The translations under genes were made by a program, and so were the position numbers. A DNA stretch of 64,000 bases. Origin: Eledone cirrhosa. Lineage: Eukaryota. This document shows positions 43,631-57,370 of this stretch, one piece after another. Positions within the stretch are counted from its first letter, which is position 1. The number at the start of each line of letters is the position of its first letter. The stretch covers positions 6,200,001 through 6,264,000 of the forward strand of contig OZ024762.1 in assembly GCA_964016885.1 (NCBI GenBank), in the 5' to 3' direction. The notes beneath the pieces were generated by a model. It did not search any database. It worked only from the letters and a program-made list of their open reading frames with translations, and was not told the DNA's origin.

Positions 43631-44263
43631 TTCATGTCTTCTTGTTTTGAAACATCATCATTTAACTCCTGTCTTCCCTACTAGCAAGTGTTGGACAGGT
43701 CTTCACAGACCAAGTCAGTACTGAAGCGGAGCTACTGACCTCTTGGATGGACTAAGAGCCTACATCTCACTTATGTTTCCATGTTCTACTGAGTGCATTG
43801 TATCATGGACCCATCACTAGGGCAGTTGTCAGATCTTTGACACTGATGAAAAGTCTTCTTGGCCCTTTTCTGGCAAGCTTCTATGGCTGGATGCCTTTCC
43901 TATCACAAACCACTTTACAGAGTGCTTATGATCTATACAATAAACACACCCAGTATATGCTGTAGTGTTTGATGACAGGAAGGACATCCAGTTGTAGAGA
44001 GCTTGCCAAACAAAGGGTTGCAAGGACCCATCAGTTGTGTCAAAGACATGACAATCACCCTAGTGCCAGTGGCAGGATAAAATGCAATTGTTAGAATGTG
44101 GGATCATATGTAAGTGAAAAGGTGGGCTCCTGCTCTGCTAGGAGCTCAGTAGACCCCTATTTCAGTACTGACTTGGTCTGTGGAGACCAGTCCAACCTTT
44201 GTTAGCAGGGAAAACATGTTAAATAATGTTGATGATGATAATACAAAATATATATTAGAATAA

Positions 44264-44395
<132 letters not shown>

Positions 44396-45064
44396 TAAGA
44401 ATCTTGAAGAATTTGCCTTAAAATCTTATTTTAAATCATTGTGTCAAACATCTTGAAGCTGCTCCTGTTTTTTTTTATACAAAGCTGTTTATTTTTAAAT
44501 GTTTATATTTATCTAAACCCCTTCCAGCATAGTTTTGTGAAAGAAACTTTGTTTGTTTCAAACACTAGGTAAATAATGAGAAAGTTACTAAATCTCTTCA
44601 AAATTGTTTGAAAATCATAGACACGTTTCATTAGAAATCATCATCATCGTCACCATTTTACGTCTGTTTTTCCATGCTTGCGTGGAAATTAGCAGAATCT
44701 TTAGGATATCGGATAGAGTACTTTGCGGTATTCGTTTCAGCTCTCTGCTCTCAAATTCCACTAAGGTCAACTTTGTTTTCATCCTTTCCAGTCAAGTACT
44801 TAAGTTGATTCTTCCTCTATATCTCTCTCTCTCATCTCCATTCTCTCACTCTCTCTATCCATCTATGGAAGAAATCTGCTGTATTCAGACCTGGAGAGAA
44901 GACAGGTACCGCCAGGTTTTAAAAATGCCCTAGAAACACTATGTCAATACGGTGCCCCTACGAATTCCCCTGGAGTTATGGGACCATGTATGCAATCATC
45001 ATATAATGTTAGTTCAAAATATTTTAGTGTATTGTAAAAACAATATTTCTGCTTAATTTTTCAG

Positions 45065-45137
45065 TCGTACTGACTCAATGGATATTGAAGTTGCTGCGAG
45101 TGGTTTTACAAAAGAGATTGCTGAACCATTTGAAGAG
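45065..45137 (+). CDS. RIOK2: RIOK2 exon 9
   Basis: tttcag|(N)RTDSMDIEVAASGFTKEIAEPFEE|gtaaat; conserved D-x-EV-x-ASGF. Confidence 0.92.
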
Positions 45138-45977
45138 GTAAATCATTTCATCTTTACTGCTATCTTTTTCATATCTGTATATATTATCATCATCATCATT
45201 TAACATCAATTTTTCCACGCTTACATGGGTTAGGCGGGTCATCCCATTTGAGGCAGGTTGGGTCAGATAACCATGTCTTCATACAGCTGCATAAAAAGGT
45301 GCAGAGCACTAAAAGTCAACGGAAACCTTGGAGTGGGGAGACCCAAGAAGACCTGGAATGAGGTGATAAGAACTGACCTTGCCCAGTTGCACCTCTCAAA
45401 GGCAATGACACAGGACCGAGACCTCTGCTGTTACACAGTAATACAGGAGACCCGGTACAAGCCGAAGCTGAAGCATATAGACAATATGCCCCCACCCCCT
45501 CCCACTGCAAAGTGGTCGTGGAGGTGTTACGACAAAAAAAGCATCCAGTCCACACTGTACAGTGGTCGTGTAGGCGCCATAGTAAAAAAGCACCCAGTAC
45601 TCACTAAATGGGATTGGTGTTAGGAAGGGCATCCATCTGTCGAAATCAAGCCAAAATCGGTATGAGCTAGACATTGTCAGTCGACCAGACACTGCCCACA
45701 ACAGGACAACCCGTCTAACCCATGCTAGCGTGGAAGAACGGTCGTTAAACGGGGATGATGATGATATATATATATATAAAGAATCAAAACAGCAAATATG
45801 TTAGAATTTTGTGCTTCTCGATAAACGAGCTCAATAGACTTTCTCCAGAGCAATAATAAATCAAATGTAAAAGATATATCTAGAGAAAGAAAGAACCATA
45901 TATCGTAGAGAATACACAGTATATTGTATATATACTAAATACATATATAGAGATAAATAGATAGATAGATACATACA

Positions 45978-46949
45978 TCTATACTAATAAAGTTGACGGT
46001 CCTATGTAAACAAACTTTTTCGCCAAACGGCACCAAATTTGCACCATAGATGTAACTTTTTCCAAGTAAATTTTGTTAAAAGATTAAAGATATTATTTAA
46101 ATATTCACTTCTTTAAAATTTTCAAATGGCAACACTTCCGGTTATACGACATTCCCCTCTCTTTCTTAGTCTGTCTTTTTAGATAGAAACATAGCTATAA
46201 CGTCGCACCCTTATAATATGTCTCTGTATGTCTGGCTGCCTGTATTACAAAACCCATTCTGTACATTGACTTCACTATCCGTGTGTATATAAGTATATAT
46301 ATATATAATGTTAGTATCATAAATAAGAGACAGTTTAATTTGTACATTTTATTGCAGCATTCCTTTATACGTCTCTATACATACATAAACATGTTATTTG
46401 CAGTTGTATAAAAAAGAAGTTTCTACTTTTGGCACAAGGCCAGCAATTATCCCAGTACATTACTGGTACTTTATTATATATAATATATATAATACGACAT
46501 TCCTCTCTTTCTTACTCTGTCTTTTTAGATAGATACATAGCTATAACATCGCACCCTTATAATATCTGTCTGTCTGTCTGCATTGACTTCGCTTCTAACC
46601 AACTTTTAATTAATTCATCATCATCATCGTTTAACGTCTATCTTCCACGCTAGCATGGGTTAGACGGGAGTTGTCCCAATTTGATGCACGGTTGGTTGGG
46701 TGACCGTGTCTTGCTCGTATAGGACTAATTATATATATATATAATTATATATTCTTGTACATATTTTCAACAGTAATACTGTACTATATATTTTCAATGT
46801 TAATACTATACTATACTATATATTTTCAACAGTAATACTATTCTACATATACGGCTTATCGTCTGTTTATCAAAGCAAAGCTAGGTATGTCAGCTATATA
46901 TATATATCTGGATGCCATAGAACACGCCAATGGTAGCCGGGCCAGCTAG
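45978..46949 (+). mobile_element. Possible degenerate Helitron-like element with nested repeats
   Basis: A|TCTATACTAATAA start and ...GCTAG|T end; internal duplication 46145-46230 / 46490-46580. The 3' hairpin is poor. Confidence 0.35.
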
Positions 46950-47174
46950 TAGATATATAAGTTCATAACCTTGATTTTTTTCTTATATTGAATTATATAT
47001 ATATATATATATGGAAGATAGACATTAAACGATGATGATGATATAATTCTCTTACATGTTTCAGCCAGCAGGCTGGGACTCTGCTGGGGCACTGCCATTA
47101 GCTGGGTGTGTGTGTGTATATATAAATTTTTCTGGGTGTGTGTGTGTGTATATATACATTTTTTTTTTTCTCAG

Positions 47175-47792
47175 GCATTGAAAGATATTGGTATTTTGAA
47201 AGATTTTGATGAGACTAATTCTAATGTTGAAGAAGAGGATCAATCTGAGAACGAAAAGGCTGAAGATCTTCCAGATGATTCTAGTAATTCTACAAACATG
47301 AAAGCGCAATCAAATTCTAAATCTAAATCCATTGAAGCATGGCTGAAAGGCTGTGAAGAAGATAATGCTATCCGAGAATCTGATGAAGATTTCTATTGTA
47401 CAGCAAACATTGGTGAAGAAAACCAAATTACTAAGACAGCAAAGTTTGAAGATAAAAAAGACAGTAAAGATACTTTGAGTAATCCTGCCAAAGGGATCCC
47501 ATCAGACAATGTTGTGACAGACCAAAAATGTGAAGCAACAAATAATGAGATTGAGAGAGATGAAAAAGAGCAATTTACTGAGTGCAGCAGAAGCATGAGA
47601 GCTACTAGTGTGACCAGCTCTACTTTTGATCCTAGGTTTGTGAAAGATAAAATCAAAAAGGAAATACATAAGAAAATGACCAGACAAGCTTCTAGTAATA
47701 TCAGAAAGACTGGCGAGAATTATTTCATTAATAAGCAAAGACAAGTCATGAAATTTGATATTAAAGATTCTATTGATGGTCTTTGGTCATAG
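47175..47792 (+). CDS. RIOK2: RIOK2 exon 10 (acidic region and basic C-terminus)
   Basis: tctcag|ALKDIGIL...SVTSSTFDPRFVKDKIKKE...DGLWS*. Total CDS 1563 nt, 520 aa. Confidence 0.88.
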   Translation, partial: ALKDIGILKDFDETNSNVEEEDQSENEKAEDLPDDSSNSTNMKAQSNSKSKSIEAWLKGCEEDNAIRESDEDFYCTANIGEENQITKTAKFEDKKDSKDTLSNPAKGIPSDNVVTDQKCEATNNEIERDEKEQFTECSRSMRATSVTSSTFDPRFVKDKIKKEIHKKMTRQASSNIRKTGENYFINKQRQVMKFDIKDSIDGLWS

Positions 47793-49599
47793 GGATTTCA
47801 TTAACATTTTCACCCTGGTTTCTTTAGCAGAGTTGACCTGACTTTTAAGAATATGTCACAATGTCACTTTGCTGAAGTACCAGATATACTCGAATATAAA
47901 CTGCCCCCCCCCCCCCCCCCCCCCATTTTATGTCTGAAAAATGGGCAAAAATCCAAACCCGATTTATAAGCTTAAGCAGGTAATCAATGCATTGTTTAGA
48001 TGGCGTATATAAGCTGACCTTCCATTTTACCATAAAAATGTTTTGGTCACATATTCCTCGACTTATATTCAAGTATATACAGATATGGCACCATTTTTGT
48101 GGGAGAATTATGTTGATTCTGAAATGAAAACAGTAAAATCTCAGAAAAGTATGTGACGATGACAATACTAGATGTCACCTTCATTAAATGGTCAGTTGTC
48201 GACCTTTCACCTCAGAAACCTACTATGGAAGATCGGAGAAACTGTTTAAGACTCATTCAGAGAATTGTTTGCTCATCCCATTGGAATATACTGGCTTCAA
48301 AGAAGTCAAACTTGGATTTTGTTTATTTTTCAAGAACTTCAATTAAAGATGCAATAATCCTCTCTGTTTTGTTGTATTATTTTGTTATGATGAGAGAATT
48401 GGTGGAGCATCGTATAAAGAGTGGGGACTTGCATGCACAGGTGACTGTTGATCTTCCGCAAACCACCTTACCCAGGCTTGTTCCTTGGAGAGGAATTTTC
48501 TAGGTGAAAACCCATAGTGAAATAATACCGTCGGTTGGGGTGGGGAATTATGTGTGAGTATTGGTAATACCTAGCTTGACCAAGGTGGTGGTTTGGCAAA
48601 ATTGGTAGAACGTCGGATAAAATGTGGTATTTGTGCTGACTTTTTACATTCTTGTGTTCAAATCCTGCCACGGTTAAATTTACCTTTCATCCTTCCAGGG
48701 TCAATAAAATAAAGTACCAGTCATGTACTGCGGCTGATTTAATCCACTTTCTCCTTCCTCCAAAATTTGCTGGCGTTGTGCCTGAATTAGAAATCAACCT
48801 TGACCCACAAAATGATATCAAGATATGAAGAATACTTAAGTTCTCTTTATTCTTGTCATGTCTGTTAATGGACAAAGTGACGTCTGTTCTATAATATTTT
48901 CTTATCAGCTTAAATATATTTGTTTTAACTTCTTTTGATACCAATTTGCCTTAGGTGACTTCACATTTTATGATCTAAAATCTAGTAATTTTAAAATATA
49001 TTTAAATTTAAGCTGCCCATCACAACTTTATCTCAGAATATATTAAGTTATGTTTCAAATGCCAGCTTGCTAACAACAAAGTTAGTTATTCTTTTAAATC
49101 CTACCTGATATGCTCAGTCTATTGATGCAGGCATTTTACTAATAGTAGTAATTCTGCCTGTATCATCACCTGACCTTTCTCAAAAGAGGAAGACCAGGTT
49201 GGCAGTTATTTACTGGCTGTGAGAAAAAAAGGGATACTCACAGCCTGAAAACAAAAGCTCTCAACTTGCCTTTGTAAACAAAAGTAACTAACATATCATT
49301 GATTGTGTAGAAGCTAGAATAATAATTGTTTCTACTTTTGGCACAAGGCCAGCAATTATCCCAGTACATTACTGATACTTTATTTTATCGGCCCCGTAAG
49401 GATGAAAGGCAAAGTTAACCTTAGTGTGATTTGAACTGTAGAGGTTTGTAACTCTTTGCTGTAAAGCATGGCATCCAACCCTCTGCCAATCCAGTAGGTC
49501 ATCTCATATTTTAATAATATTGGATAGGAATTAATGTTGTAGCTTCCATATAGCAAGTACTAATCGATTTGTTTGAGACAATCACAAAGCATTCAATGG

Positions 49600-49912
49600 A
49601 TCGATAAGCTAAACATTATCATCTAGAGTGTTTATGTGTATATAACGCTCAGAGTTGCTGAAGCATGGAACAAACTACCTGCATCGGTTGTTAGCTGTCG
49701 AGACACTGCATCCTTTAAGGCCTCCATGCTTCCCGAGATTCGGCAACACTACACCTAATGTTCCCCTTCCATACACATACACACATGTATACCATGACTC
49801 ATACACTATTCACTTCCCTGACATTTGTGTTTTATTCTATGTACTATACATGCACCTTTGACGAGTTGTAGTGCACCTGAGCACTTTACACAATAATTTC
49901 ATTATTATTATT
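49600..49912 (+). mobile_element. CR1/L2-like LINE 3' end
   Basis: 'LRVAEAWNKLPASVVSCRDTASFKASM' (WN-x-LP...SFK motif), 3'UTR and (ATT)n tail. Confidence 0.7.
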
Positions 49913-50461
49913 ATATAAAAATGTAGTTTTCTGTATGTGTGTGTGGACAATTTTTAATGAGGGCTCATATTCTAAACCATTCATGCGATTTCTTTGACAT
50001 TTTTTACAGAGCTTCTCCTTGCACAAAACCTGTACATGATCTACAAAGGCTTTCAAAAATCGATATTGGGGCCTTTGGAGACATTGAAAAAGTTTCGGTT
50101 TTTTGTGTCAATTTTCGTGATTAAGTAAGACAAGAGTTATCTTTCGTCAATCTCATTTTTTATGTCAAAAATTTTGTTTATTACAATTCGGCTCATTCGG
50201 ATTTTACTTTACTCTTTGTACTTGAAACAAAAGATCTTACTGTTGTCAAAATAATTTATACCTAGAATTGATTTCTGTTGTTACATGGGATAACGGATGA
50301 CACCGAGCTCACATATTAATTATTTTGCTGGAATAGTGCCTAAGGTTTTCATGTTTACATAAAGTACGTTTTTCTTCTATGTATTCAAATTTACTTTGTT
50401 TAGTTTAATGAGCTACATCGAAAGCTACTTGAACCGTCCAAGGGACGGGTACTTTACCTAG
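49913..50461 (+). mobile_element. Non-autonomous Helitron-like element
   Basis: 3' hairpin ccgtcc/ggacgg (50434-50448), then CTAG|T at 50458-50462. 5' 'atataaaaatg' followed by tgta/tg repeats. Confidence 0.6.
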
Positions 50462-50494
50462 TATATATATACACACACATATATGTATACATAC

Positions 50495-50870
50495 ATACCT
50501 AATCATTGTGACCACTGTCCAATATTCCTGACAAAGTCTCTCCACAATTCAGGATTTTCCATTGCTCCTGGTAACCTCTTGCTACTGAGGTTTGTATCGT
50601 CTGAGAGTTGATTGATGAAGGTTCGAGCAGGTCTTCCTCAACTGCGTCTCCTGTGAGTTGGTTCCCACCATTGTAACTTCCTGCTTACTTCTCCAGCAAA
50701 TCATAACCATCTTTGAACAATTGTAGTTACCTTGGGCAAGTTTCCATATAAACTTTCATTTGTAATAAGTTGATGGTAATTTATATTTTGTACAACCCTA
50801 AGCATTTTAGTGTATGCACCATCTAGTCTCTTCTCAAGTGCTTGTATCAGGCTCCATACAACAACACTGA
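50495..50870 (-). mobile_element. RTE/RTEX-like LINE 3' remnant
   Basis: 'LEKRLDGAYTKMLRVVQNI...ITNESLYGNLPKV...GRPARTFINQL' with stops; (ATGT)n tail. Confidence 0.7.
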
Positions 50871-50959
50871 CTTAATAGATGCTCTGAAGAATGGTAAAGC
50901 AGAGGTTAAAAGTAGGTCATCTCATATTTTAAGACAGTATGCGCAACAAAGAGGCTGGC

Positions 50960-51590
50960 ATTGGTATGGATGATGAGCATTAGGTGAAGAAGCACCAAGA
51001 AATTCCTATGGAAGGAAACTGCAGTAGAGAGACCAAGGAAGATTTGGGCAGAGGTTGTGAGAGCTGATCTCTGAAACTCAAAGACATGGCAAAGGGCTGT
51101 AACGAGTGGAGGAATGCTGTGCTGAAAATGACCCATCCAATGACAAAAAGTTTCTTTCTGTGAACAAAAGACCAGCTGTATGATGCCTACGTGCAACATG
51201 CAATGTTGCATGGAAGTGAAACATGGGCAGAAAATGCAGAGGCGAGAGAGAAAGAAAGCAAACATGCTTTGATGGATGTGAGACGTTAATATGCCTAGAT
51301 GGACTGAAAGAAAATCTAGGTATAAGAGGAATCAAATGTATACAAGAAAGAAAACTGCACTGGTATGGACATGTGATGTGTATGAATGATAATTGTTGGG
51401 TGAAGGAGTGACAGGAGTTCCCAGTGGAAAGGAGCTGTGGTAGAGGAAGCTACAGGTACAGATGTTGAGAGCAGATCCCAAAATGCTGAAACTGACAGAG
51501 ATGATGAAGGAACACAGTAGGTGGATGCAAGCTATACTAGAAAAGACCCATGCAAGCATGGAAAAACAGACATAAAATGGATGATGATTG
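50960..51590 (+). mobile_element. RTE-like LINE remnants ending in the abundant ...GATGATG tail (related piece at 45270-45450)
   Basis: 'LHGSETW', 'IQERKLHWYGHVMCM', 'RPRKIW' motifs; tail 'gacccatgcaagcatggaaaaacagacataaaatggatgatg'. Confidence 0.7.
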
Positions 51591-52338
51591 GGTGTCTTAT
51601 AGCATAAGTTAGGCTGCCAACCTTCAAATACAAATAGTATCCAGTTTTTCAGTTCAGTAAACTGGAGCAATGTAAGGGTCTAGCTCAAGGACAAATACAA
51701 TGCGTTACCTAGTCTAGGAATTAAACCCAACACCCTAATCACTAGGCCACAAGCCTTCACCAAATTAAATATATATAATTAGTTATCTTGAGTCCAAGAG
51801 GTGGCAAATTGGCAGAGTTGTTAGAACATGTTGAGGTATTCGTTTTGGCTCTGAGTTCAAATCCGAGGTCAACTTTGCCTTTCATCGATTCAAAGTCAAT
51901 AAAAAAAAAAGTACGAGTCTAGTACTGTGGTTGATTCTTCCTCACTCTATATTATTTTCTGGAAGAAATTTGCTGTACTCGGACCTGGAGAGATGGACTC
52001 TGCCAGGTTTTTTTTAAATGCCCTAGAAACGTTGTATGTCAATACAGCACCCATATGATTTCCACAGAAATTACGAATCCATACATATATCTTGAGTCCA
52101 ACAGCCTGGCAACAAGCTTTCACCATAAATAAATAAATAAATAAATAAAAATAATTGATTAGAGAAAAACAACAGACATTTTAATTGGTAAAGTTTTTAT
52201 AAAATAAAATATGTCCGTTATTCCCAACAAAATCTTATTGAAAACACTAAGAAATTACACCCACACCTATGTCCATGCCATAAACTAGAATTCTGTGACT
52301 TGAGATGAAAACAAAATGGATCTTCATGAATCTCCACA

Positions 52339-52401
52339 TTAATCGTTCTTTTTGTTGGAGACCGGCTCTGGAATTGGTTTGGCATCACAGACTGTAGCAT
52401 C
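52339..52401 (-). CDS. C18orf32: C18orf32 homolog, exon 2
   Basis: ttgcag|DATVCDAKPIPEPVSNKKND*; phase matches exon 1, 75 aa total, KKxD end as in the family. Confidence 0.8.
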   Translation of the reverse strand, partial: DATVCDAKPIPEPVSNKKND

Positions 52402-54537
52402 CTGCAATAAGTAAAGTAGATTTGATTAGATATATATATATATATATATATGTATACACATACTCACAAACACATATATATATATATATATATATATATG
52501 TGAGGTTAAAATATCTCATGAAAAAAAAAAAATCGCTGGACAGATTTTAAGGGAAAAAAAACAACCAGCAGATGACCCAGGAGCAGACCCTAAGCAAGTA
52601 GGTTGGATAACATCCATGAGTTCAGTTGGTCTTGTTTGGGGGTTCAATCTGGATCAATTGGAGACAGTTGCTTCTGAAAGGACCTGCTAGAAGGAGTATT
52701 TGAGGACTCTTCTCCCATGACCCTCCCAGGAATAAGTGGGCGAAGATACATATATATATATATATATACACATACTCTTAACAGTAAACACATTTTAGAT
52801 TATGTAACAGGGCCAATGAGAAAGATCTGTAAGTAATCACTGGACCTCCTAGAAATAATAGTCAAATTTCCCTCAAATAACACCAGATTGTCTTTAAAAA
52901 AAAAAAAAAAGGAAAGATACATTGGGTAGCGTAGGTTGAGGTACACTAAGCCTAGAAAGAAGGAAACGGAATGACTACAGCTGGGGCAGTACCGTGCTTT
53001 TGTTCTTGAGGGGGGGGGGGTGTCAGAATAATATATCTAAACTACAATAAAGTATGGAGTGCGGGACTGCGTACGGTTTATTTCTTTTAATCCAGTTAGT
53101 AAAATAAATTGGATTACTTTGAATAAATAATGAATGAATATTACATAATTTATCTACTAAATTTCGTAGCTGTTGATTAAATATATTTTAATGTTTATTT
53201 AAAGATTCAAATGTCATTACTTCCGGTTAGCGATCGTTTAAATAAATATTCATATATTTCCGTCACTAATTTTCTCTTAATGCAGTTTATATATAATATC
53301 GTCTTTTTTTAATGTATCGTGGATTACGTTACTCATTACATAAGACAGTGTAACGCAGTCTTCGTTCAATTTCTGTGTATATTGTCAATTACGATTTTAT
53401 TTGATGTATATCATATATTTTTCTTTTATTAAATAACATTACAAAGCATATAAATAAATTTACAGTAGAATAACATGACAAATATGTTTTAAATATATAC
53501 ATAAATAATATTACAAATGCTTAGACAACATTATAAATGTATTCTTTTTATGTTGCAATATTAAAGAAAATGTAAAGGAAGGGGTAAACAACCGAGCCAC
53601 CACCAGAGCAAAAGACAGCAGCGATGAGTACTGGGCAACCTCTCTAATGATTTTTGAGGCAAGCCAGCACACCTGCAGTGTTACCTCGGGTGATGGCGAG
53701 GCTAATATCAATATGCACACTCCACATGCTAGCAGAAAACCACCCCATTGCGGAGGTTTTCTGCTAGTATATATAAATATATATGTGTGACCACTTTAAT
53801 ACCCTAGGGAATTTTTCGACAAACTCCTTTGGTTAGCTTTTTCAGTTGTTTCTTTTATTTTATTTAGTTTTGTTTGTTGTCTTGTTTTCAGAAGTTACAG
53901 CAAGAAAGGTTTTCCTTTTTCTTTTTTTTTAATAAACTCTATTTTCGAAATCTGTGGTTACACCATTGTAAGGTAAAGAGAGGCGCGCTGATATCCAATG
54001 CTCCGAACAGGACGCCTTTCACTCAGATCTATATAACAATTCATTGAAATATCGAAGACCAAAACCTTCATCGATATATTAACTCCTGGCTTGATGTAGG
54101 GGGATATCAGGAAACTCAAATGAATCCGAAACATTTCCCCTTATCTTTTAGTATTACCCTATCACTTTCCTGGTACACATCAAATCAGGCAACAACAAAA
54201 TATATCGATGACGAGTGGTATAGATTTTCTTAAGCACACAGTCATGTCAATACAAATTGACATATCTATGTGGTTAGGGAGTTCACTTCGTAAATTTCGG
54301 GATCAATCCCACTGCGTAACATATTGATTAAGAGTCTTTTTTTTCAACAGCAACCAAGTGAAATTTGGTAAACGGAAAAACCGATGGATGACTCGGCAAA
54401 TTTAAACGAAAGATTACCAATAGCGATTTCCTTGTCAACACAAACGCAGTGAACTAAATAAAATTAAATAATATATATATATGTGTGTGTGTGTGTTTGA
54501 TGGCTAAAAATGATGAGAAGAGAACAAACAGACTTAC

Positions 54538-54702
54538 CTTTACAGGTGTGTTAATTTCTGGTGAATTATCAGATGTTTTCTGGGAGTTGGCAGAGTTAAT
54601 TGGTTTCTTCCATGGATCCCAGAATTTTAAAATAAACGGTCGCAAGAAACGGTGGAATATCCATAGGAAAAACGGAATTACAATACAAGGAATACACACC
54701 AT
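54538..54702 (-). CDS. C18orf32: UPF0729 protein C18orf32 homolog, exon 1
   Basis: MVCIPCIVIPFFLWIFHRFLRPFI carries the UPF0729 N-terminal signature MVCIPCIVIP. Donor AAG|gtaagt, phase 0. Confidence 0.9.
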
Positions 54703-55849
54703 AGTTTGACGGGGAGGTAGATATATATATATATATATTATTATATTATATTATGTATTAAGTGTGTTTTCTTATCTTGTTGACATATGTTTTTATGTTT
54801 GTACATATATGTATCAACAATTACCTCCCTTTGTACCACGTGAGCTAATTCTCTTGTCAGCTGACTAACTAAAGTGGATCGATTATGTAACCGGAGATTC
54901 TAATCTATGTGGTCAATGACCTGCTAGAAATGACAGCCAAATCTGCTTCACATCGCATCCTCCTGTCTTAAATAACTCACTTCAGTTTCAGTTCAATTCG
55001 TTTATTTCGGCCATGACATAACTGTAAATTACGATGTCTCGTTTGGGACGCCAGTTAGCGATTCGTTTGCTCCATCCCACAGCCTGTAATGTCGCAGGTT
55101 TGATTCTTAGACAGGTTGGAGCATTGTGTTCTTGAGCAAAACATTTCATTTCACGCTGCCCAGTAGCTAAGAGGTAACCTTGTGATGGACTGGGGTCCTG
55201 TCCAAGAGGGGGGGATTCTACTCCCAGACTCTTCTTAATGTCAATGAAACCAGTAGAATAGAGTATAGTTTAGTAGCAAGGTATTTTATCCAACACTCAT
55301 ATTCACATTCTCTTCTCATTTAATTTCCTGGTCGTCACTCCCCTTCAAAACTAATCTTTTCATGTGTGATTTGGTTACTTTGACCAATCGTAAATCGTGC
55401 ATGAATATTTTGACGCTTCTTTGTTGATTAAATACTAGTTGCTGCTTTGACATCAAGAAGTTAACATCCATCTTTCCGTGCTGTGTCAACACTTTCAAAT
55501 ATGTAACAGTAAATTACAACGTCGGCACGGTCGGTGATATGTCAGCAAGGGACTGCTTTCTTTGCATATAACACTTGATTTTGTTTATTCACTTTATTTG
55601 GCATGCCAGCACAACTTTTGTAAACCTGTCTCGGTTGTAAATAAATCATGTAAAAAGTTATAAAGTTTTATAATACTTTTACTGCCACCACCTTGGACAT
55701 GATAGGCGAAAATCCTTTTCCCAAGGTTCTATCACCACAACAGCAAATTCTCTTCTTTCGTGGTGGCAACTGAATAACAACTAACTTCAACTTCTACGTT
55801 ACATTCACATTTTCTTGCTAGTACAACAAAACCATCTTTCTGCTATAAG

Positions 55850-57370
55850 ACCACTGGGGAAGATGAAATCCGGCTCAAGATGTTAAAATACTTAAATAGA
55901 GAAGGTATTCTCTGGCTAACTCATGTGTGCTGGGTGGCCTGGATCTCTGGAAAGGCACCTAAGCAATGGGAGTCATAATCCCAATTTTCAAAAAGGGAGA
56001 CAAGAGATTGTTAAGCCTCCCTGGTAAAGTCTATGCTAAGTGTCTGGCAAAGAGATGCAGGGAGATTGTCGAGTCCATGCTAACTGATGAATAATGTGGC
56101 TTTAACCCCGGACGCTGCACAGCCGACCAAATATTCACACTACGGCAGGTCTTCGAGAAATCGTGGGAGTATTGCCTAAAGGTATATTTTTATTTTGTCG
56201 ACCCTGAAAAGGCATATAACCACGTTCCTCGTGACCTGCTGTGGAAGGTTCTGCAGGAGCATGGGACCAATGGTCAGTTTCTTGCTGTCCTGATGTTTCT
56301 ATACGAATGCCCAAGTATTTATATTCGGATAAATGGTGCTAAACCAAAACCAATCAATGTGAGAGTTATACTCCGCCAAAGGTGCGTACTGTCACCTCTC
56401 CTGTTCTTTATTTATATGAACAGTATTGATATGCGCAGTCGGGTTGGAAGTGGTGTCATGATTGGTGGGGTTTAAAATCAGTCGACTGGAATTTGCAGAT
56501 GACATGATGTTACTAAACTCGACTGAAGTGATCTCCGACTTGCGCTTGATAGGTTTGATGCCGAGTGCTGCATGGCTGGAATGAAAATCAGTGCTGCAAA
56601 AACTGAGACACTCATTCTCTCACGGGAGCCTGTGCAGTGCACTCTACATGTGAATGGAGTTCCACTGAAGTAGGTAGAGGAGTTCAAGTATCTCGGGGTC
56701 ATGTTCACAAGTGTTGGAAGGCAGGAGGCTGAATTAAATGCAAGAATTGCAGGAATTGGTGCAGTAATGCACCAACTTCAGCATTCAGTATTCAGTAATC
56801 AGAAGGGAATAGGCGTAAAAGCCAAACTCACTATCTTCAATTCGGTATTGGTGCCAACCCTTACTTAGGGTCATGAATCTTGAGCAATGTCCGAAAGAAT
56901 ACGATCGAAAATACAAGCGGCCGAAATGAGGTTCCTCTAAAGGGTCTTTGGATTAACGTTACTCGATAAAGTACGTAGCTTGGAGATCAGAGTCACTCCA
57001 GGTAGAGCTACTACTTCTCTGAATTGAGAGATCACAGCTCTGATACTATGGACATGTGGTTAGAATGTCTCAGGAAAGATTTGTAGCTCTGAGATCAGAG
57101 AGTCACTCCAGGTAGAGCTGCTACTTCTCTGAATTGAGAGATCACAGCTCCAATACTATGGTGGGCATGTGGTTAGAATGTCTCGGGAAAGAATCGCTGG
57201 CCGGATATTACAGGCAAAACCAACCGACAGGAGACCCAAAGATAGATCCCAAGCAAGATAGTTGGATAACATCCATGAGCTTGGCTGGTCTCGCTACAGG
57301 ACCTGCTGGAAGGAGCGTTTGAGGAATGTGACCTAACAACCCTCTCAGGAATAAGTGGGTGAAGAGGAGG
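55850..57370 (+). mobile_element. Degenerate RTE-clade LINE reverse transcriptase with 3' end
   Basis: Motifs 'IPIFKKGD', 'DQIFTLRQVFEK', 'FVDPEKAYNHV', 'RQRCVLSPLLFFIYM', 'FADD', 'FKYLGV'. Multiple stops and frameshifts; internal duplication ~56980-57185. Confidence 0.9.

Noticed and set aside
47845-48503. ORFs downstream of RIOK2
   Set aside because: No recognisable domain; adjacent to a pogo/Tc1-like terminus shared with 34895-35030, so probably a TE relic or 3'UTR.
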